A DNA stretch of 64,000 nucleotides from an uncultured Candidatus Actinomarina sp. Lineage in GTDB: Bacteria > Actinomycetota > Acidimicrobiia > Actinomarinales > Actinomarinaceae. The stretch lies in the NCBI GenBank assembly GCA_902565645.1, contig CACFFJ010000003.1, positions 41,969-105,968 on the forward strand, in the 5' to 3' direction. Shown piece by piece: positions 10,683 to 19,805 of this stretch (positions are counted from its first letter, which is position 1; each line of letters starts with the position of its first letter). The notes under the pieces are model-generated. The model made no database searches. It was not told where the DNA came from and worked only from the letters and a program-made list of their open reading frames with translations. Both the position numbers and the translations under genes were made by a program.

Positions 10683-11361
10683 TGTCTTTTCTTACACAGT
10701 CTGCGAAATACTTCTGTTCACTTTTAAATCTGTTAGAAAGGTTATCATTTGTATTTAAAATATAGAGAGGTTTCTTAATAGTATAAATACTTATCCCTTT
10801 CTTAAGTAAGTCTTTGAATAATTTGTAATCTTGTGCCAAATAGAATTTCTCATCATACATTCCAATATCTTTCAAAACATCCTTATAAATCATCAGAGTT
10901 CCATGAATGAATGGGTTTTTATATTTAACTACGAACTCGTTAGGAAATTTATGACTAAACCTTGGGATAACATTACTTGTATCCTTTATGACTGCTCTTG
11001 AAGTACATACTTTGAATTTTGTATTGCTTAAAACACGAACTTGTTTTTCAATTCTGTCTATTAAAGAAATGTCATCTGAATCCTGTCTGGCAATTATTTC
11101 ACCCTTTGACTGATTGATTAAGAAATTTAATGATTTTGTTAAACCTAAATTATTTTCATTTTTATATAATTTTATTCTTTTATCATTTATCGACTTTAAA
11201 ATGCTGTAGGTATTATCATCAGATTGGTCGTCTACAATTAAAATCTCTATTTTTTCATAAGTCTGGTTTAATATAGACTCTACAGATTTCAATATATTCG
11301 ATTCATCATTCCTTACACTAATTAGTACGCTGACTAATTTTTTTTTGGTAATTTTATTCAT
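10666..11361 (-). CDS. glycosyltransferase family 2
   Basis: 231 aa with VSVLISVRNDESNILKSVESILNQTY, ILIVDDQSDDNT and RQDSDDIS (GT-A DxD motifs). Confidence 0.8.
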   Translation of the reverse strand: MNKITKKKLVSVLISVRNDESNILKSVESILNQTYEKIEILIVDDQSDDNTYSILKSINDKRIKLYKNENNLGLTKSLNFLINQSKGEIIARQDSDDISLIDRIEKQVRVLSNTKFKVCTSRAVIKDTSNVIPRFSHKFPNEFVVKYKNPFIHGTLMIYKDVLKDIGMYDEKFYLAQDYKLFKDLLKKGISIYTIKKPLYILNTNDNLSNRFKSEQKYFADCVRKDITPST

Positions 11362-12520
11362 CTGAAAATACTGCTGATATTGTTGAGTGTAAAGTTTCTG
11401 TATTTAACAAAAAATGGATTTTGGTAAATATTCCATCACTAATAGTTTTTACGAAATTTACATCAGATAATGAATTAATTTTTGTTTCAAGATCTTGATA
11501 GTCGAACTGTTTAAAACTAAGTGAATAATCTTTTGGAAAATACTCTGACATTCCACCAAAATCTGGGTAGATTATCGGAACTCCAAACATGGCGGCTTCA
11601 CATAAAATTCTTGGCTGCCCTTCTACTAATTTAGTAGCAGTTATGACAGCTTTTGATTTTTTAATAATTTGTAATGTATCTTCATGGCTTTTTTGACCTA
11701 AGAAAACAATTCCAGATTTTTTGTATTGATTTTTTAATAAATTTAATTGGTCTCCAGTTCCTACAATTTTTAATTCAAGCGAATTTTTATAAAGTTTATC
11801 CCAAGTATTTAGCAATTCAGCCAAACCTTTTTCTTCTGTAACTCTTCCTGCGTAAACAACATAATTGCTTTGAGAATTATAAGAATTAGTTGAATAATTT
11901 TCTAAATCAATAGGGTTGTAAAAAATTTTTATCTTTTTCTTATCTATTCCAAGTTCTTCAAGAAAATTGGCATGGTAATTGTTCATAATTAACAAATTAA
12001 TGTCTTGATTTAGGATCAGTTTAAAATACTTTTTCCCATACAAAATTACAAAAAATGATTTGATATATGACTCAGAATAATACTTATTAAAAAATTTATA
12101 ACCCTTATTAGTCAAGCCACATTTGTTACATGTTTTACCACGCTTAATATGTTTTTTTAAAGAAAAAAATCTGGTACAGCTATATCTAAAATTGTGTAAT
12201 TTCAAATATGTTTTTACATTGTAATTTTTTAAAATTTTAAAGATACCTAGATTTGCCTTGTACCAAGTATTGTGAATGTAAGCAAAATCAGGTTTAAAAT
12301 CTAAAATTTCTTTTTTTAAAATTTTGTTAGAAGTAAGATTGCTTCCAACAAAAAAACTAAAAAGATCACTTATTTTAAGGTTTTTTGAGTTGTCAAATTC
12401 AAGATATCTAACATCATAATATTTATTTAAAAACTTTAATTCATCTTTTATATTTGAGTCTTCGCCGCCAAACTCACGGTATTTAGTATTTATTACTATT
12501 ATTTTTTTTTTCAAACTCAT
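11354..12520 (-). CDS. glycosyltransferase, GT-B fold (family 4-like)
   Basis: 388 aa with TKLVEGQPRILCEAAMFGVPIIYPDFGGMSEYF. There is an ATGA start/stop overlap with the upstream ABC gene. Confidence 0.7.
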   Translation of the reverse strand: MSLKKKIIVINTKYREFGGEDSNIKDELKFLNKYYDVRYLEFDNSKNLKISDLFSFFVGSNLTSNKILKKEILDFKPDFAYIHNTWYKANLGIFKILKNYNVKTYLKLHNFRYSCTRFFSLKKHIKRGKTCNKCGLTNKGYKFFNKYYSESYIKSFFVILYGKKYFKLILNQDINLLIMNNYHANFLEELGIDKKKIKIFYNPIDLENYSTNSYNSQSNYVVYAGRVTEEKGLAELLNTWDKLYKNSLELKIVGTGDQLNLLKNQYKKSGIVFLGQKSHEDTLQIIKKSKAVITATKLVEGQPRILCEAAMFGVPIIYPDFGGMSEYFPKDYSLSFKQFDYQDLETKINSLSDVNFVKTISDGIFTKIHFLLNTETLHSTISAVFSDE

Positions 12521-14127
12521 TTAAGTTTTACTTTTCTTGATTCGTTTTCAATTTCAATTGAAATAACATTATCAATATCAATAAACTCTGTGTCATCATG
12601 AGTAGAATTTATTATTGTAACTTCTTTATTTTTTAACATTTCATAAAGAATTTTTTTAGACTCTTTATCTAAATTAGATGTGGCCTCATCAAAAAGAATT
12701 ATGTCAGGATCTGAAATAATAGTTCTTATAAATGCAATTTTTTGCATCTGACCTGATGATAAAGACTTATTGCTAACTTTTTTGTTGAGGTTATAATTTA
12801 TGTCTTCCTTAAAGACTTTCAATTTCTTCAAATAATCCATAAGAATAGTTTCATCTATATTTTTCCCATTTCCATACATTAAATTATCTAACAATGTAGC
12901 TTCAAATATTAATGGGGTAGCTCCAACATACCCAAACTTTTCTGAAAATGTTGATACAGTTCCTTCTGTTGGATAATAAAAACCGGCTAATAAGCCCAAC
13001 AAAGTACTCTTTCCTGATCCGTTTGAGCCAGAAATAATAGTATGGGTATTCTTTTGGATTTCAAGATTAACATTTTCAAATATGTAATCACTATTGAAAT
13101 ATTTAAAATATAAATTTTTAATCACTATTTTATCTTTTTTATCCTCAACAATAAAATTTTTCTTATTTTGAGCAATTTTGTTCTTCTCTAGCTCATAAAA
13201 CTTTTCAATATGCACATGAGAGTTGATAATTTGATTCAGGGAATTAGTTAAATTTCCAAATGATTGAAACAGCCTTAGTGTTACAGCGATAAAATCTAAG
13301 GAAATTGATTTTGAAAATATATTTCTAGAAATAATAACTGTTAATATTGTTAAGGTAAAAAAACTTGGCATCAATGAATTAATTAATGCATATTTCTGAT
13401 TATTAAAAAGGTTATAGACATAGCTATCAAGAGTTTTTGAAAATTCTTTAATCTCTGATTTATCTTTTTTAAGAATATTTATTAAAAATAAATTTTCAAC
13501 TACACGCTGAACTTCTTTATTTGAATCCTGGCCTTTTTCATATGATTTATGCATAAATAACCTCGACTTTTGTAGTAAATTCTTGATTGGAAATAAAAGA
13601 ATCAATATGCCAACTCCAAATGTAACTACAAACCTAAAGTCAGAAATAAATAAGTAAACAGCAAAGACAAATATTTGTAAGAAGCTGTTTAAAAAATTTG
13701 AAAAACTTGTATAAAAGTAAGAGATGTGAGTAGTTAGAACATTTATATAGAAATATGAATCTGCTACAGAGTAATTTCTTTTATCAAATATTTCTTTAAG
13801 CAAATAAATTTTTAAATTTTTGTTTACATTATGTTCAATTTTGTAGATTATAGTTTTTTGAAAATACTGAAAAATAAATCTTGAAAAAACTATGAGCAAT
13901 ATTAAATAAGAAGAACTTATTAATGTTTCTATAAGATTATTTACTATTGAAATCTGGGTGTATTGATTTGCAAGAATTGCAGAAAATATTGCAATTATAG
14001 CGATGTCTGAAAGAGCTGTAAGTTGTGATAACAGTACAGAGGTAAAAATTAATGCTTTTTTATTTTTAGTACCTGAAATTCTTGAAACATACAGAATATC
14101 AGTTATTAAATTTTTTACTTTCTGCAC
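12517..14127 (-). CDS. ABC transporter, fused permease/ATPase (MsbA-like exporter or flippase)
   Basis: 536 aa with an N-terminal 6-TM-like region. It has Walker A GSNGSGKST, the signature LSSGQMQK, Walker B ILFDEAT and an H-loop STHD. Confidence 0.85.
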   Translation of the reverse strand: MQKVKNLITDILYVSRISGTKNKKALIFTSVLLSQLTALSDIAIIAIFSAILANQYTQISIVNNLIETLISSSYLILLIVFSRFIFQYFQKTIIYKIEHNVNKNLKIYLLKEIFDKRNYSVADSYFYINVLTTHISYFYTSFSNFLNSFLQIFVFAVYLFISDFRFVVTFGVGILILLFPIKNLLQKSRLFMHKSYEKGQDSNKEVQRVVENLFLINILKKDKSEIKEFSKTLDSYVYNLFNNQKYALINSLMPSFFTLTILTVIISRNIFSKSISLDFIAVTLRLFQSFGNLTNSLNQIINSHVHIEKFYELEKNKIAQNKKNFIVEDKKDKIVIKNLYFKYFNSDYIFENVNLEIQKNTHTIISGSNGSGKSTLLGLLAGFYYPTEGTVSTFSEKFGYVGATPLIFEATLLDNLMYGNGKNIDETILMDYLKKLKVFKEDINYNLNKKVSNKSLSSGQMQKIAFIRTIISDPDIILFDEATSNLDKESKKILYEMLKNKEVTIINSTHDDTEFIDIDNVISIEIENESRKVKLK

Positions 14128-14178
14128 GATAATTAAGTATAAATAAGTTATTGTTATTTATATTTTATTTTTTATCTA

Positions 14179-15465
14179 TTAATTATTTTTAAGGTTTAAA
14201 TTAATAAATTTAATATATTCAATAGCCAACGTTGAAAGTAAGAAATAAAAAGGTAAGTCCATATAAACAAAAAAATAATCTTCTATTAGGTAGAAATGAT
14301 TAGTGTAAGAATAAAGTAAACCTGGAGAGCTGAACATAAATAGCGAATAAGAAAAGAATAATATTGTATTTTTGGTTTTTAGAATTACTTTAATTGGAAT
14401 TAACATGATTATTAGACGGTAATCATAGTTGGCAAATAATGACAAAGCTAAAAATAAATTTAGAAATGTAAAATCTATATGTTTTTCATAAAGTCCTGAA
14501 TATACAAAGTTGTTTTTAATTAAGAAGATAATATATGCCAAAATAATAACAAGGAAAATATAACTATATATATTTTCTATATTAAATGCATGTTGAAAAT
14601 TATTTGCTTCACTCAATAAGCCAAATGTTCTATCTGATCTGATAGGGCGGATAGGCTGTTTTAACTCAACTCCAAAAGATTTAACACTTAATAAAATTAC
14701 TCCTATAAAAATAGATAAAAAAGTTATATCAATTTTTATAGTTTTATACTTTTTTAATATAACTTTTAAAACTATATTTGAAATAAAAATAATTGCTGGA
14801 TAATACTTTACAAACGACAGAACTAATATAATTAAATTTCTTATATACTCCCTTTTGGTAAATCGATATGACGCAACTATCACTATCACTATCACTATAT
14901 CTAAGTTCATTCTTTCAAGTACAAAATTTAAAGAAGGTGAGAAAAAAAATAGTGAAATCAAATATGAGTTTTTAATATTTTCATTATCTATGATTAAGGT
15001 GTAAAAAATAAAAATTAAACTCAAAATTAATAAAGAACTAATAAGAGTCGCTGTCCATGGATTTACACTTACATTAAAAAATTCAAAAAATGGTCCGTAG
15101 GAAATATTATAAGGGCATGTCATACTTCTGCTGCTTCCATAAATTAAAAAGCTGTCGCCAACAGTGTCTGGTGAGCAGTACAAAGACATGAAGACTTCTT
15201 GTAAATCTATGAATCGGTAATCAAGAGAGTAATTCTGCTGAGATAATCTTGACCAAATTTGAGTTAAATTTAAATTAATACCGGAAATCCATCTCATAAA
15301 TAAAAAAGTAAAGAAAAAAAGCTTTAACCAAATTTTTTTTATATCTAGTTCAAATTCACTAGAGTAAATTATTAATATTGATATAACTGCAACGACTGGA
15401 AAATAATTGTAATTTATTAAAGCAATTAAAAAGGGAAATAAATATAAAAGATTAGCTATTTTCAT
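14179..15465 (-). CDS. polytopic membrane protein, function unknown
   Basis: 428-aa ORF, hydrophobic throughout (more than 10 predicted helices by eye). I recognise no catalytic motif. Confidence 0.5.
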   Translation of the reverse strand: MKIANLLYLFPFLIALINYNYFPVVAVISILIIYSSEFELDIKKIWLKLFFFTFLFMRWISGINLNLTQIWSRLSQQNYSLDYRFIDLQEVFMSLYCSPDTVGDSFLIYGSSRSMTCPYNISYGPFFEFFNVSVNPWTATLISSLLILSLIFIFYTLIIDNENIKNSYLISLFFFSPSLNFVLERMNLDIVIVIVIVASYRFTKREYIRNLIILVLSFVKYYPAIIFISNIVLKVILKKYKTIKIDITFLSIFIGVILLSVKSFGVELKQPIRPIRSDRTFGLLSEANNFQHAFNIENIYSYIFLVIILAYIIFLIKNNFVYSGLYEKHIDFTFLNLFLALSLFANYDYRLIIMLIPIKVILKTKNTILFFSYSLFMFSSPGLLYSYTNHFYLIEDYFFVYMDLPFYFLLSTLAIEYIKFINLNLKNN

Positions 15466-15973
15466 AATTGGACCTGTATAAAAATATAAAAATCATTAAA
15501 CCTGAAAAAAATGAAACATTATTTAGCAAATTGAATGAATATTTGTATGAAAATATGATTTGTAAATATAAGAATAGAATAAACAAAATACCAGCTAAAA
15601 AATTTTTATTAATAAATTTTTTTCTTGCAAATATTAGTAAAGCTAATGGAATCAATTGAGAAAGTCCTATATATAAAGACCTGCTGTAATATACTTGATA
15701 AAATTCCTTTTCATTTAAAAAGAATTTAGATTCTAACCTTCCTAGACAATTTAGGCCATAGTCTTTATAAAACTGGTTTAATTTAATATCAATAAAAGCA
15801 AAACGAAAATTTGATGATGGGGAATTTGATAATTCTTCAAGCATACTGCAGTTATTTCTTTGAGGGTTATCTAACAAATTTTGAGATTGCGAGGCTACAT
15901 AATAAAATCCTAAACTTAACATTATTAATGTAATTAAAATTACGATATTTTTTTTATTTATTAAAGTAATCAT
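15452..15973 (-). CDS. membrane protein, function unknown
   Basis: 173 aa. It has an N-terminal TM segment, a soluble segment and C-terminal TM helices. It overlaps the downstream gene by 14 nt. Confidence 0.45.
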   Translation of the reverse strand: MITLINKKNIVILITLIMLSLGFYYVASQSQNLLDNPQRNNCSMLEELSNSPSSNFRFAFIDIKLNQFYKDYGLNCLGRLESKFFLNEKEFYQVYYSRSLYIGLSQLIPLALLIFARKKFINKNFLAGILFILFLYLQIIFSYKYSFNLLNNVSFFSGLMIFIFLYRSNYENS

Positions 15974-16268
15974 TTTCTATAAAAATTATTTTACATCTTA
16001 AATCGTTGAAAAGTTTAATACGTGGATATATAAATACTAAAAAATGAACTTTGTATTACATTGATTAATTAATCTAATTTTTTTATTTATAGTTCTTATA
16101 TAAGGTTTATTACTTAAATCTAGGACACAATACGTGAAATTAAAAAAATTAATAAAACTTAATAAAAGTTAAGTAAGTAATGCTCCATTATTTACGATCA
16201 TATTGGCTAAATTAATACAAATTAATAATTTCAAGATAAAGTAATAAACTTTTAGTTTTACAATTAAC

Positions 16269-17672
16269 TTGGGAAGGTTCAAAAGCTTGGGAAGCAAAGC
16301 TACTTACTTAAAAGTTAAACTTAAAAAATATAGATTTTATATATTATTTTCTCCGATAATTTTAAATTCTATTTTTAATTTCCTTATCTCTTTTCAGAAA
16401 ATTTTTACAGATTTGAATATCTTTAACTTAATTTCAACATTTTTATTTTTTATATTTCTTTTTATTATTGGGTTGAATATTAAAGAAAGTTTGAATTTAA
16501 ATTCAATTTCTTTTGGGATCTGCAATTTTATTTTAAGTTTTTTTATTTTAGAAAACATTAATATTCTATTTAATCTAAAGTTAAATTTCTCTTCAGTAAT
16601 CTATCTAAATTTGATTAGTTGGATTTTAATATTTTTACTGAAGAGAAATGACACAAGTTTATTATTTTTTTTAATTACTTCAAGTACTTTTCTTAGAGTA
16701 TTCCATTATTTTTTTATTGAAAAGTTTGAAGTTAATCAAAATATTCGAGTTGATGCTGTATATTTCATTGAATTTTCAAAATTAATTTCAGAAAAAGGAT
16801 ATTTATTTTCTATAGAAAATAATATTTTTATAGGATATTCACAATTTAGTTCCTACCTTCACTCAATTTTTCATTATTTAAATTTTTTTACGAATGATTT
16901 TGTATATTTCAGAAGTACAACAAACGTTCTTTTCTTCCTATCGATTCTTTTAATTTTTGAATCTACTAGGGAGTTTTCTAACAAAATTTTGGGAATAATT
17001 TTATACATTTGTTTAACTCTAAATAGTGACTGGCTAAATTTTGTAATGATTGACTCTCTAATGTCAGAAGGAATTATGAATTATCTCTTTGCAGCTTTAG
17101 TGTTTTCACTTTTTAAAGAAGAAAATAAAAGATTAAGTTTTTTTCTTTTTGGTTTTTTAATTTTCAGTAAACAATTCTATATAGCATTAATACTTTTATC
17201 ATTACTAATATTTATCATAAATAGAAATTATCGAAATTTTGCTATCTACCTTGCTTCAGGTTATATATTTAAAACTATCCTTTACGCAACTAGGCTAAAA
17301 AATTTAGAACCAGATCACCATATAAGACAAATCGATATACAAGATACATTTTTTGACTTGTTGTTATTTCGAAATCTAAAAATCGAAAACATTCTCTTAA
17401 TTTTTAAAAATTTAGCTCAAGACAGACCTTTTACATTATTTTTAGTAATAATGACTCTTCTATATTTAATAAATCTAAAAACTAATAATGTTTATGAATT
17501 GAATTACTTTTTTTTCTTAATCTTTATAAATATCATTTTAGTTTTATTATTATACATCTCTGTTTGGAGGTTTATGGAGTTAGAATCTCCGATTAGATTT
17601 ATCCTAAACTTATATCTAATCAAATTTATATTTTTAACCAAAATATTAGACACATTTAAAAAAGAGATCTAA
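16269..17672 (+). CDS. polytopic membrane protein, function unknown
   Basis: 467 aa with a TTG start and about 12 hydrophobic segments. It is divergent from the 15973 gene across a 295-bp AT-rich spacer. Confidence 0.5.
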   Translation: MGRFKSLGSKATYLKVKLKKYRFYILFSPIILNSIFNFLISFQKIFTDLNIFNLISTFLFFIFLFIIGLNIKESLNLNSISFGICNFILSFFILENINILFNLKLNFSSVIYLNLISWILIFLLKRNDTSLLFFLITSSTFLRVFHYFFIEKFEVNQNIRVDAVYFIEFSKLISEKGYLFSIENNIFIGYSQFSSYLHSIFHYLNFFTNDFVYFRSTTNVLFFLSILLIFESTREFSNKILGIILYICLTLNSDWLNFVMIDSLMSEGIMNYLFAALVFSLFKEENKRLSFFLFGFLIFSKQFYIALILLSLLIFIINRNYRNFAIYLASGYIFKTILYATRLKNLEPDHHIRQIDIQDTFFDLLLFRNLKIENILLIFKNLAQDRPFTLFLVIMTLLYLINLKTNNVYELNYFFFLIFINIILVLLLYISVWRFMELESPIRFILNLYLIKFIFLTKILDTFKKEI

Positions 17673-17854
17673 TTACTATTTTCCAAAGGCTAAATGTAAT
17701 TACTCCCCTCCTGATATGCAGTTTTAAGGAAGTTTTATTAAGTAAATAGAGCCGTCATATGTTGTAACTATAATTTCATCATCTTTTCCGTAGTTAGTTC
17801 TAACACTTGTAGTTGTCAAAATTCTAAAAATTTAAAACCTTTTACTAGTTTTTG

Positions 17855-17900
17855 GTGGCCAGAGGCAGAATCGAACTGCCGACCCATTGTTTTTCAGATA
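17855..17900 (-). repeat. 46-nt copy of the 3' half of tRNA-Phe (att-like direct repeat, tRNA fragment)
   Basis: gtggccagaggcagaatcgaactgccgacccattgtttttcagata matches 18116..18161 at 44 of 46 positions by manual alignment. It covers the acceptor 3' strand, T arm, variable loop and anticodon loop, and lacks the 5' half. Confidence 0.85.
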
Positions 17901-17904
17901 TAAG

Positions 17905-18084
17905 CTATATAATTTTAAAATATTTTAAAGCACGAATAGCAAAATATATGATTACTAAAAAAATAACTCCAGCAGAAATAATTTCTGCAATACTGGTTCC
18001 TTTTGGAATGTAGGCAAAGGTAGCAAATATGCTACATGCACTTGCTAAAATTATTTGAATTACTTTCGTTTTTTTTTCTTTCAT
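17905..18084 (-). CDS. small hypothetical membrane protein (59 aa) between the tRNA-Phe fragment and the intact tRNA-Phe
   Basis: My own translation gives MKEKKTKVIQIILASACSIFATFAYIPKGTSIAEIISAGVIFLVIIYFAIRALKYFKII, with two hydrophobic segments. It is apparently too short to be listed in the ORF track. Confidence 0.35.
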   Translation of the reverse strand: MKEKKTKVIQIILASACSIFATFAYIPKGTSIAEIISAGVIFLVIIYFAIRALKYFKII

Positions 18085-18116
18085 AATTAGAATTTTCTGA
18101 TTTATTATTCATTTTG

Positions 18117-18189
18117 TGGCCAGAGGCAGAATCGAACTGCCGACCCCTTGTTTTTCAGACAAGTGCTCTACCGACTGAGCTATCTGGCC
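18117..18189 (-). tRNA. tRNA-Phe (anticodon GAA)
   Basis: The reverse complement GGCCAGATAGCTCAGTCGGTAGAGCACTTGTCTGAAAAACAAGGGGTCGGCAGTTCGATTCTGCCTCTGGCCA folds as a 73-nt cloverleaf. The anticodon loop is CTGAAAA. CCA is not encoded. Confidence 0.9.
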
Positions 18190-18195
18190 TTAAAG

Positions 18196-18270
18196 CGGGG
18201 ACGACGGGATTCGAACCCGCGACCTCCTGCGTGACAGGCAGGCGTAAACTCCAGACTTTACCACGCCCCC
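18196..18270 (-). tRNA. tRNA-Asp (anticodon GUC)
   Basis: The reverse complement GGGGGCGTGGTAAAGTCTGGAGTTTACGCCTGCCTGTCACGCAGGAGGTCGCGGGTTCGAATCCCGTCGTCCCCG has anticodon loop CTGTCAC, T loop TTCGAAT and a paired acceptor stem (one G-U). Confidence 0.9.
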
Positions 18271-18317
18271 GTAACTATAAAGTATAACTTAAAAATAATT
18301 AACCCGATTAAATAATT

Positions 18318-19775
18318 TTGCAATATCATATATATGTAATGAAAATTAAAAACATTTTAAAATACTTTGTAAGGTTTTTGTTCTTACAGTCTCTAATTTC
18401 ATTTCTTACTATTTGGTATTTTGATAACTATCTCTTTCAGAACCCAGAACATAAATTTAATATTTATCTGAAATTAGTTGAAGATAGGGAAAGATTCTAC
18501 AGTTTGATACCTTTGAGCTGGCTAACTGTAGATGCTTTAATTTTTGCAATCGTTGCATTATTTTTAATTCTTCTGTATTCAACAAAATTCTACACTTATG
18601 TAAATGAATTAGATTTTTCTTATGATAATAGATATATAGATGACTTCTTCATGTTATACCTTATGTGGAATAGTTACTTATTTTCGGCTTTATACATTTT
18701 TAGGGTTTCTGGATTATCACGCAGTTACCTAATGTTGTTTACGGTAATAATACCTACGATATTGTTAATTTTCAGAAATAGCGAAGTATTATCAATTTTG
18801 CTTGGAAGATCAGTAATTAATGAAAACTTTATTTCATTTAATTTAGATGAGTTTTCTAATTTTAGAAATTTAAGAATTGCAGCATTTAGAAGAAATGTTC
18901 AGTCAATCCAATGTAGTGAAGAAGAATTCTCCAAAGTTATACCCGATGAAATAAGTAAATTAAACAAAATTAAGAATATAAATTTAGTTATTTTGAAACT
19001 TGTTTCCAAGAATAGCTTGAGTAAAGACTTGGAAAAGTATTTGATAAATCTAAATAAAAAAGTTTTAATAATTTCAAATAATGAGTTATCTTTTAAGAGT
19101 AACTTTATTTATAGAGTTGAAAATGTTAACGATAATTATCTTTATTATTTCAACAACGATATTCAATATGGGGCTAAATATATTATAAAAAGACTTTTTG
19201 ATATTTCTTTATCAATTATCTTAATAATAATTTTATTTCCATTTTTTATCCTTATATGTGTATACATCTGGAAACTTGATTCAACTCCAATATTTATAAA
19301 GCAAGTTAGGGTTGGGTTACATGGTAAAAAATTTAATATGTTGAAATTCAGGACAATGTATATAAACTCACACGAAAAAAGAGACCAACTTAAAGACTTA
19401 AATCCAAAAGGAGGGCCCCTGTTTAAAATTGATAATGACCCAAGGCTAATAAATGGGGCCAAAGTTATAAGAAGATTAAGTATTGATGAATTGCCTCAGT
19501 TAATAAATGTAATTAAAGGTGAAATGTCTCTCGTCGGACCAAGGCCTTTGTTTGCTGATGATACTGAATATTTTGATAAAAATTATATGAGAAGATTAAA
19601 CGTTTTACCTGGAATGACGGGTCTATTACAAATTAACGATAGGAATACTGACGATTTTGAAATTTGGTATAAATATGATATGGAATACATTGAAAATTGG
19701 AGTTTGTACCTTGACGTAAAAATACTTTTAAAAACCTTTTCAGTAATTATTAGTAATAAAAATTCAGGTGTATAA
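18318..19775 (+). CDS. polyprenyl-phosphate sugar phosphotransferase (WbaP/bacterial sugar transferase family), initiating enzyme
   Basis: 485 aa with N-terminal TM helices. The C-terminal domain has PIFIKQVRVGLHGKKFNMLKFRTM and DELPQLINVIKGEMSLVGPRP. The listed start is TTG; an ATG at 18339 is an alternative. Confidence 0.85.
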   Translation: MQYHIYVMKIKNILKYFVRFLFLQSLISFLTIWYFDNYLFQNPEHKFNIYLKLVEDRERFYSLIPLSWLTVDALIFAIVALFLILLYSTKFYTYVNELDFSYDNRYIDDFFMLYLMWNSYLFSALYIFRVSGLSRSYLMLFTVIIPTILLIFRNSEVLSILLGRSVINENFISFNLDEFSNFRNLRIAAFRRNVQSIQCSEEEFSKVIPDEISKLNKIKNINLVILKLVSKNSLSKDLEKYLINLNKKVLIISNNELSFKSNFIYRVENVNDNYLYYFNNDIQYGAKYIIKRLFDISLSIILIIILFPFFILICVYIWKLDSTPIFIKQVRVGLHGKKFNMLKFRTMYINSHEKRDQLKDLNPKGGPLFKIDNDPRLINGAKVIRRLSIDELPQLINVIKGEMSLVGPRPLFADDTEYFDKNYMRRLNVLPGMTGLLQINDRNTDDFEIWYKYDMEYIENWSLYLDVKILLKTFSVIISNKNSGV

Positions 19776-19805
19776 GTAAAATAAATTACTGAATAGCATT
19801 GGATT

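Noticed and set aside
14876-14899. Hexanucleotide repeat (actatc x3 plus actata) encoding IVIVIVIV in the membrane protein 14179..15465.
   Set aside because: It is short, stays in frame on slippage, lies in a hydrophobic helix and is easily produced by composition. It is not convincing as a functional repeat.
17901-18115. Looked for an integrase, excisionase or other mobility gene between or beside the tRNA-Phe repeat copies.
   Set aside because: There are only 215 bp, with a single 59-aa membrane ORF. Nothing integrase-like occurs within several kb on either side, so no mobile_element feature is claimed, only an att-like scar.
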